NCBI RefSeq assembly: GCF_937123705.1
Contig: NZ_CAKZKO010000011.1
Span: forward strand, 6,667 to 70,666
Direction: 5' to 3'
DNA from: an uncultured Paraglaciecola sp.
GTDB taxonomy: Bacteria > Pseudomonadota > Gammaproteobacteria > Enterobacterales > Alteromonadaceae
Length of the DNA stretch: 64,000 bases
Positions 59,520 through 64,000 of this stretch are shown piece by piece. The first letter of the stretch is position 1. Every line of letters begins with the position of its first letter. The notes beneath the pieces are model-generated. The model was not told where the DNA came from. It saw nothing but the letters and a program-made list of their open reading frames with translations, and did no database searches. The position numbers and the translations under genes are program-made.

Positions 59520-60242
59520 CTAATCGTTACTGCTTAAACCTTGATTTAGCATATTAATCAACTGCTGAACATTCATCAAGGCACACATTTTCTTTTTAAC
59601 CATGCCAGACAACCAAGAGCGACCCACTTCTACATCTCGCCATTTAACGTCATCTGGTAACACAGTTTCGGTAGCAATCAAGTTTTCACAACCTAATCCC
59701 CAGCCACTTTCTTCCAACACTATAAGGTATTGATATTCGGTGGAACCAGCCAGCTTGTCAGCTGATTTTTCTGGCATCACCCATTTTGCTGTATCGACCA
59801 CATTATACTTTTCGTCACGATGCAGTAAAACACCTTTAAACCAGGCAGGTTTACCAAACAACGGATTGATACTCTCAATCTTATGTATACCACCTAATTC
59901 TGTTAAGGGAACCGCAAGTGTCATACCCGCCACTTCAAACAGTAACACCTGAAACTCCTCTTTGGGAATAATAGGTTTAATTACATTGCTGGAACCTTGC
60001 TCACTGACTTGCTTTTTGTCGACTCCAGTATCCAAAACTTTAGAGTCTATTGCTACTGTATCTTCGGGAGTAGCAATTGCTTCAACAATAGGTTCGGTTC
60101 TAGGCGGTTTGCTGAGAGGGGCGGTTTTTAACAACTGCTGAACTGAATGCCGCGCTAGATCCTCGACTACTGGCTCATCAATTAGCAAAGCCGACATGTA
60201 ATCTTCCATCACATCTTCATTGGCGAAAGGATTACCGCTCAT
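59520..60242 (-). CDS. CheW-domain protein (ParP-like)
   Basis: FQVLLFEVAG..LAVPL.ELGGI; located between parA and cheW. Confidence 0.85.
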   Translation of the reverse strand: MSGNPFANEDVMEDYMSALLIDEPVVEDLARHSVQQLLKTAPLSKPPRTEPIVEAIATPEDTVAIDSKVLDTGVDKKQVSEQGSSNVIKPIIPKEEFQVLLFEVAGMTLAVPLTELGGIHKIESINPLFGKPAWFKGVLLHRDEKYNVVDTAKWVMPEKSADKLAGSTEYQYLIVLEESGWGLGCENLIATETVLPDDVKWRDVEVGRSWLSGMVKKKMCALMNVQQLINMLNQGLSSND

Positions 60243-61030
60243 GTTGCTTGTTCCAACTTTAATAAATGACTTAATAATTTAGCATAAGCAAAAACCCCAC
60301 GGGATTTAGGGCAATACATAGAAGGAGGACTTTGTGCCTGACTGGCATCCCGAAACCTCGTATCCACAGGGATCAATCCAACCCAAACACTGTCTTTATA
60401 GGTGCGCCTTAAGGTGCTATATGCTGACGTTGCTGCGTTGACGCGTTTATCGTACATAGTTGGCACTATGGTATACGCAAAGGTTTTTGCTAAAGATTTT
60501 TGCATGATCTCCATAGAATGCATCATTCTATCTAAGCCTTTAAGTGCCAAAAACTCTGTTTGAACTGGGATAACAACTCTATTGCATGCTGCGAGTGCAT
60601 TTATCATCAATACTCCTAAAACAGGTGGACAATCAATAATAGCGTAGTCAAATTCATCGCTAATAAGATCCAAAGCTTGACGTAAAATTAACCCCATACC
60701 ACTTTGCGTACCTAATTTTCGATCCAGTGTCGCTAAAGCCATGGTAGCGGGTAAAATAAACAACGAATCTAATTTAGTTGGACATAGACAATTAAGGACA
60801 TCATCTTTAGTAACTGATTTTCCAGCCATAAACACGTTGAACAAGCTACTAGATAATTCTTCCGAATCAACACCAAAATAGTAACTTAACGAGGCCTGAG
60901 GGTCGGTATCTACTAAAATAACCTTACGGCCGCTTTGGGCAAGCAATCCACCAAGGGTAACTGTTGTTGTGGTTTTACCTACACCACCTTTATGATTAGC
61001 AACAGTCCAAACTACCACTTCAAAGGCCAC
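60239..61030 (-). CDS. ParA-family ATPase of the chemotaxis cluster (ParC-like)
   Basis: NHKGGVGKTT, DTDPQ, DCPP, PVQTEFLA. Confidence 0.92.
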   Translation of the reverse strand: MAFEVVVWTVANHKGGVGKTTTTVTLGGLLAQSGRKVILVDTDPQASLSYYFGVDSEELSSSLFNVFMAGKSVTKDDVLNCLCPTKLDSLFILPATMALATLDRKLGTQSGMGLILRQALDLISDEFDYAIIDCPPVLGVLMINALAACNRVVIPVQTEFLALKGLDRMMHSMEIMQKSLAKTFAYTIVPTMYDKRVNAATSAYSTLRRTYKDSVWVGLIPVDTRFRDASQAQSPPSMYCPKSRGVFAYAKLLSHLLKLEQAT

Positions 61031-61117
61031 TGGCTATGACTATATATCAAAGGCATGTAAATGACGCGACGGCCAATATTCTCGTTGTGGAAAAACACCT
61101 GAAGTGCTCCTTTGACC

Positions 61118-62227
61118 TTAGTTAATTATTTCGCTTTTTATATGCTGCGCCATATGAGCAATATCGTAATTTTCTTCAGATATATTTGCGACTGTAACAG
61201 CTTGAGGCATACCATAAACCACACAGCTCTTTTCATCTTGCGCCCATATCTTAGCACCTTTAGCTTTTAACGTTTTACACCCTTCACGGCCATCGGCGCC
61301 CATTCCTGTAAGTATCACTCCCAGCACTTTACCAGAGTATACTTTCGCAACGGAATCAAAGGTTACATCAACACTTGGTTTATAGGCAGCCGCCGGGAAT
61401 TGTTCAGGCTCGGAGACTCTAATTTTTGCACTGCCCATTCGGCCTTCAATGGTCATTTGTTTGCCCCCTGGTGCGAGGTAACACACACCTGGAGTTATTA
61501 ATTCGCCATTGCTTGCTTCTTTCACTCTTATATTACATAAACCATTTAAACGTTGTGCAAAAGCTTGTGTAAAGGTTCCAGGCATATGCTGCACCATCAC
61601 CACAGGAACAGGAAAGTTACTCGGTAGCTCAACTAATATCTTTTGTAGCGCAACAGGTCCTCCGGTTGAAGTACCTATTGCCAAACACGCGTAATCCCTT
61701 GAACTAGAAGAGCCACTGGTTGTTGCCCTTGACGCAACTGAGCTGGCCGTTCTTTCACTGCTACGTGCAGTTGAGGTAGAACCAAGAGCTGTAGGTCGTG
61801 TCGTGGATGATGAACTGCCAGTTGCGACTCTTCTACCACTTAGCGCTTTAACCCGATTTTGTAGCAATGAAATGGCTTCTTTACGGTTTAGCGCAATATC
61901 TTCAAATTTCTTAGGTAGAAAATCTAATGCCCCCGCGTCTAAAGCATCTAGGGTTGCTTGCGCGCCCTCGTGAGTTAAAGACGAGAACATAATAATAGGG
62001 ACAGGATGGCTCGCCACAATTTTTTTGACAGCTGTGATCCCATCCATAACAGGCATTTCGATATCCATTGTGACCACATCGGGTTTCAAAGAAGCCACCA
62101 GTTCCACCGCCTCTTGGCCATTTATCGCTTCGCCTACCACTACTAACTGGCTATCTTCTTCGAGTATTTTTTTAACTCTGCGACGAAAAAAACTTGAGTC
62201 ATCAACTATTAAAATCCTATGCGCCAT
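61118..62227 (-). CDS. cheB: Chemotaxis methylesterase CheB
   Basis: Receiver domain plus GTSTGGP, QHMP and LTGMGADG. Confidence 0.96.
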   Translation of the reverse strand: MAHRILIVDDSSFFRRRVKKILEEDSQLVVVGEAINGQEAVELVASLKPDVVTMDIEMPVMDGITAVKKIVASHPVPIIMFSSLTHEGAQATLDALDAGALDFLPKKFEDIALNRKEAISLLQNRVKALSGRRVATGSSSSTTRPTALGSTSTARSSERTASSVASRATTSGSSSSRDYACLAIGTSTGGPVALQKILVELPSNFPVPVVMVQHMPGTFTQAFAQRLNGLCNIRVKEASNGELITPGVCYLAPGGKQMTIEGRMGSAKIRVSEPEQFPAAAYKPSVDVTFDSVAKVYSGKVLGVILTGMGADGREGCKTLKAKGAKIWAQDEKSCVVYGMPQAVTVANISEENYDIAHMAQHIKSEIIN

Positions 62228-62293
62228 CTTCGCCTATCTTACCTGTTTCTATAACTTCTAATTTCATACTAAGCGTTTCAAAAACATAAATAT

Positions 62294-64000
62294 CTACGCT
62301 TTTTTGGCCGCATATCTCTTCAATAAACTGGGAACATCCAGTATCAAGGCAATGCCACCATCACTGGTGATGGTGGCACCTGCCATGCCTGGTGTTCCTT
62401 GAAGTAACTCATCTAAAGGTTTAATAACTACCTCTTCTTGGCCAATCAAAGCATCAACCACAAATCCAAGTTGTTGCGTACCTATTTGAACAACAACAAC
62501 ATGCCCTTTGGTTTTATCAAATTCAACATGCCCCCTAGCTAACCACTCCCCTAAGTAAAACAGTGGGATCGCTTTCGAGCGAACAATCATGGTTAATTGA
62601 CCGTCAACCGTATTGGTTTTTTTAATATCAAGATTAATGATTTCATTCACAGAGCCTAAAGGCAAAGCAAAGGTTTGGGCCCCAATAACTATCATCAAGG
62701 TAGGTAAAATGGCCAAGGTTAAAGGCACTTTTATCTCAAGTGTGGTGCCGACGCCCATTTTTGAGTCAATATTTACGGTGCCATTTAACTGGTTAATTTT
62801 AGTTTTAACCACATCCATTCCCACACCGCGGCCCGACACTTCTGATATTTCAGTTTTGGTAGAAAAACCTGGGGCAAAAATCAAACTAAAGGCTTCTACA
62901 TCCGTCATTCTTGCGGCAGCATCTGAGTCCAAAACCCCGCGAGAAATCGCAATTTCCTTGAGTTTATTTGGGTCCATTCCTTTACCGTCGTCGATAATGC
63001 TTAGTAGTATATGATCACCTTCTTGGGAAGCAGACAATTTAACTGTTCCCATAGTGGGTTTGCCAGCAGCTTTCCTTTCTTCAGGCATTTCAATACCGTG
63101 GTCAACTGAATTTCTAACTAAATGCACCAGTGGATCGGCTAACGCTTCGACTAAATTTTTATCTAAATCTGTTTCTTCACCTTCAAGCTCAAGGGTAATT
63201 TCCTTTTTCAAAGTGCGCGCTAAATCGCGTACAACACGCGGGAAGCGCCCAAAAACTTTTTTAATGGGCTGCATACGGGTTTTCATAACCGCACCTTGTA
63301 AATCGCCAGTTACCACATCCAAATTGGCTATGGCCTTGCCCATACTTTCATCGTTTACGTTTGAACTTAAACTTAACAGACGGTTTCTAACTAAAACCAG
63401 TTCTCCCACCATATTCATAATCTGATCAAGACGCTTGGTATCAACCCTAACCGTTGTTTCTGCCTGGGGTGGAGGAGTAGCTTTCTTTTCTTCCTTTTTA
63501 GCAGCTGGTTTAGTTACGTCCGCTTTTTTAGGGACCGATACTGACTTTTGGGATTCTGGTGGTTTTGCTTTTACCGGTTTAGACTCACCAATAGACGCGG
63601 GTTTTACAGGCTCAGCTTCTGCAGGCCCTTTGCCTTTACCGTGTAATTGGTCGAGCAGCGCTTCGAATTCGTCATCTGTTATATCGTCATTTGAATTGTT
63701 TGAACTTGAGGCATCCGGCTCTGCTTTTGCAGCATCAGCAGCAGTGCTCTCTTCTGCCTTAAATTGGCCTTTGCCATGTAACTGATCAAGTAGGGCTTCA
63801 AATTCATCATCGCTAATATCATCGCCATCTGTAGAGGACTCTTCGACGGCTGCAGGTGCATTACTGCCATGCAATTCATCTAACAAAGCCTCAAATTCAT
63901 CTTCACTAAAATCAGCGGAATCCGCGGCCGTTGTTGTCTCATCCGCAGCCTGATTGTTCTCAATCTCCGGCTCTGGTGTGGCGACTTGAATAGGCTCTGC
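62294..64000 (-). CDS. cheA: Chemotaxis kinase CheA (5' part outside the window)
   Basis: VRVD...LMNMVGEL-like dimerisation segment, RNSVDHG, SGRGVGMDVV, CheW domain; the frame stays open to base 64000. Confidence 0.97.
   Translation of the reverse strand, partial: AEPIQVATPEPEIENNQAADETTTAADSADFSEDEFEALLDELHGSNAPAAVEESSTDGDDISDDEFEALLDQLHGKGQFKAEESTAADAAKAEPDASSSNNSNDDITDDEFEALLDQLHGKGKGPAEAEPVKPASIGESKPVKAKPPESQKSVSVPKKADVTKPAAKKEEKKATPPPQAETTVRVDTKRLDQIMNMVGELVLVRNRLLSLSSNVNDESMGKAIANLDVVTGDLQGAVMKTRMQPIKKVFGRFPRVVRDLARTLKKEITLELEGEETDLDKNLVEALADPLVHLVRNSVDHGIEMPEERKAAGKPTMGTVKLSASQEGDHILLSIIDDGKGMDPNKLKEIAISRGVLDSDAAARMTDVEAFSLIFAPGFSTKTEISEVSGRGVGMDVVKTKINQLNGTVNIDSKMGVGTTLEIKVPLTLAILPTLMIVIGAQTFALPLGSVNEIINLDIKKTNTVDGQLTMIVRSKAIPLFYLGEWLARGHVEFDKTKGHVVVVQIGTQQLGFVVDALIGQEEVVIKPLDELLQGTPGMAGATITSDGGIALILDVPSLLKRYAAKKA

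Overview
Chromosomal window from a marine gammaproteobacterium, most likely Alteromonadaceae (Paraglaciecola/Alteromonas-like; inferred from gene content and order). Bases 1 to about 11,900 are accessory DNA: the right part of a composite integrative mobilizable element, followed by a mobile-mystery A/B (XRE-Fic) pair. The element carries a relaxase (cut by the window edge, no Tyr in its first 71 aa), mobC, a candidate oriT and two unrelated tyrosine integrases, one preceded by an apparently intact attP-like site. It also carries an IS1595-like protein lacking an evident DDE core, a VirD4/TraG operon with three unknown small membrane proteins and an excisionase, and a HEPN (AbiU2-like) cargo gene. 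The remainder is largely core genome: rimI/holD, tRNA-Trp, a TPP-riboswitch thiamine uptake operon, tmcA, the TonB2 (ttp) cluster, SRP RNA, leucine dehydrogenase/Lrp, a 265-bp MITE, tyrR/phhA, ycjXF-pspABC-pspF-sapABCDF, oadGAB, tRNA-Ser/Arg with a degenerate tRNA-like element upstream, csrA-alaS-recX, split metH and metA with Met boxes, a PEP-CTERM-like gene and the 3' end of the chemotaxis operon. All family assignments come from motif recognition by eye; no database searches were run.
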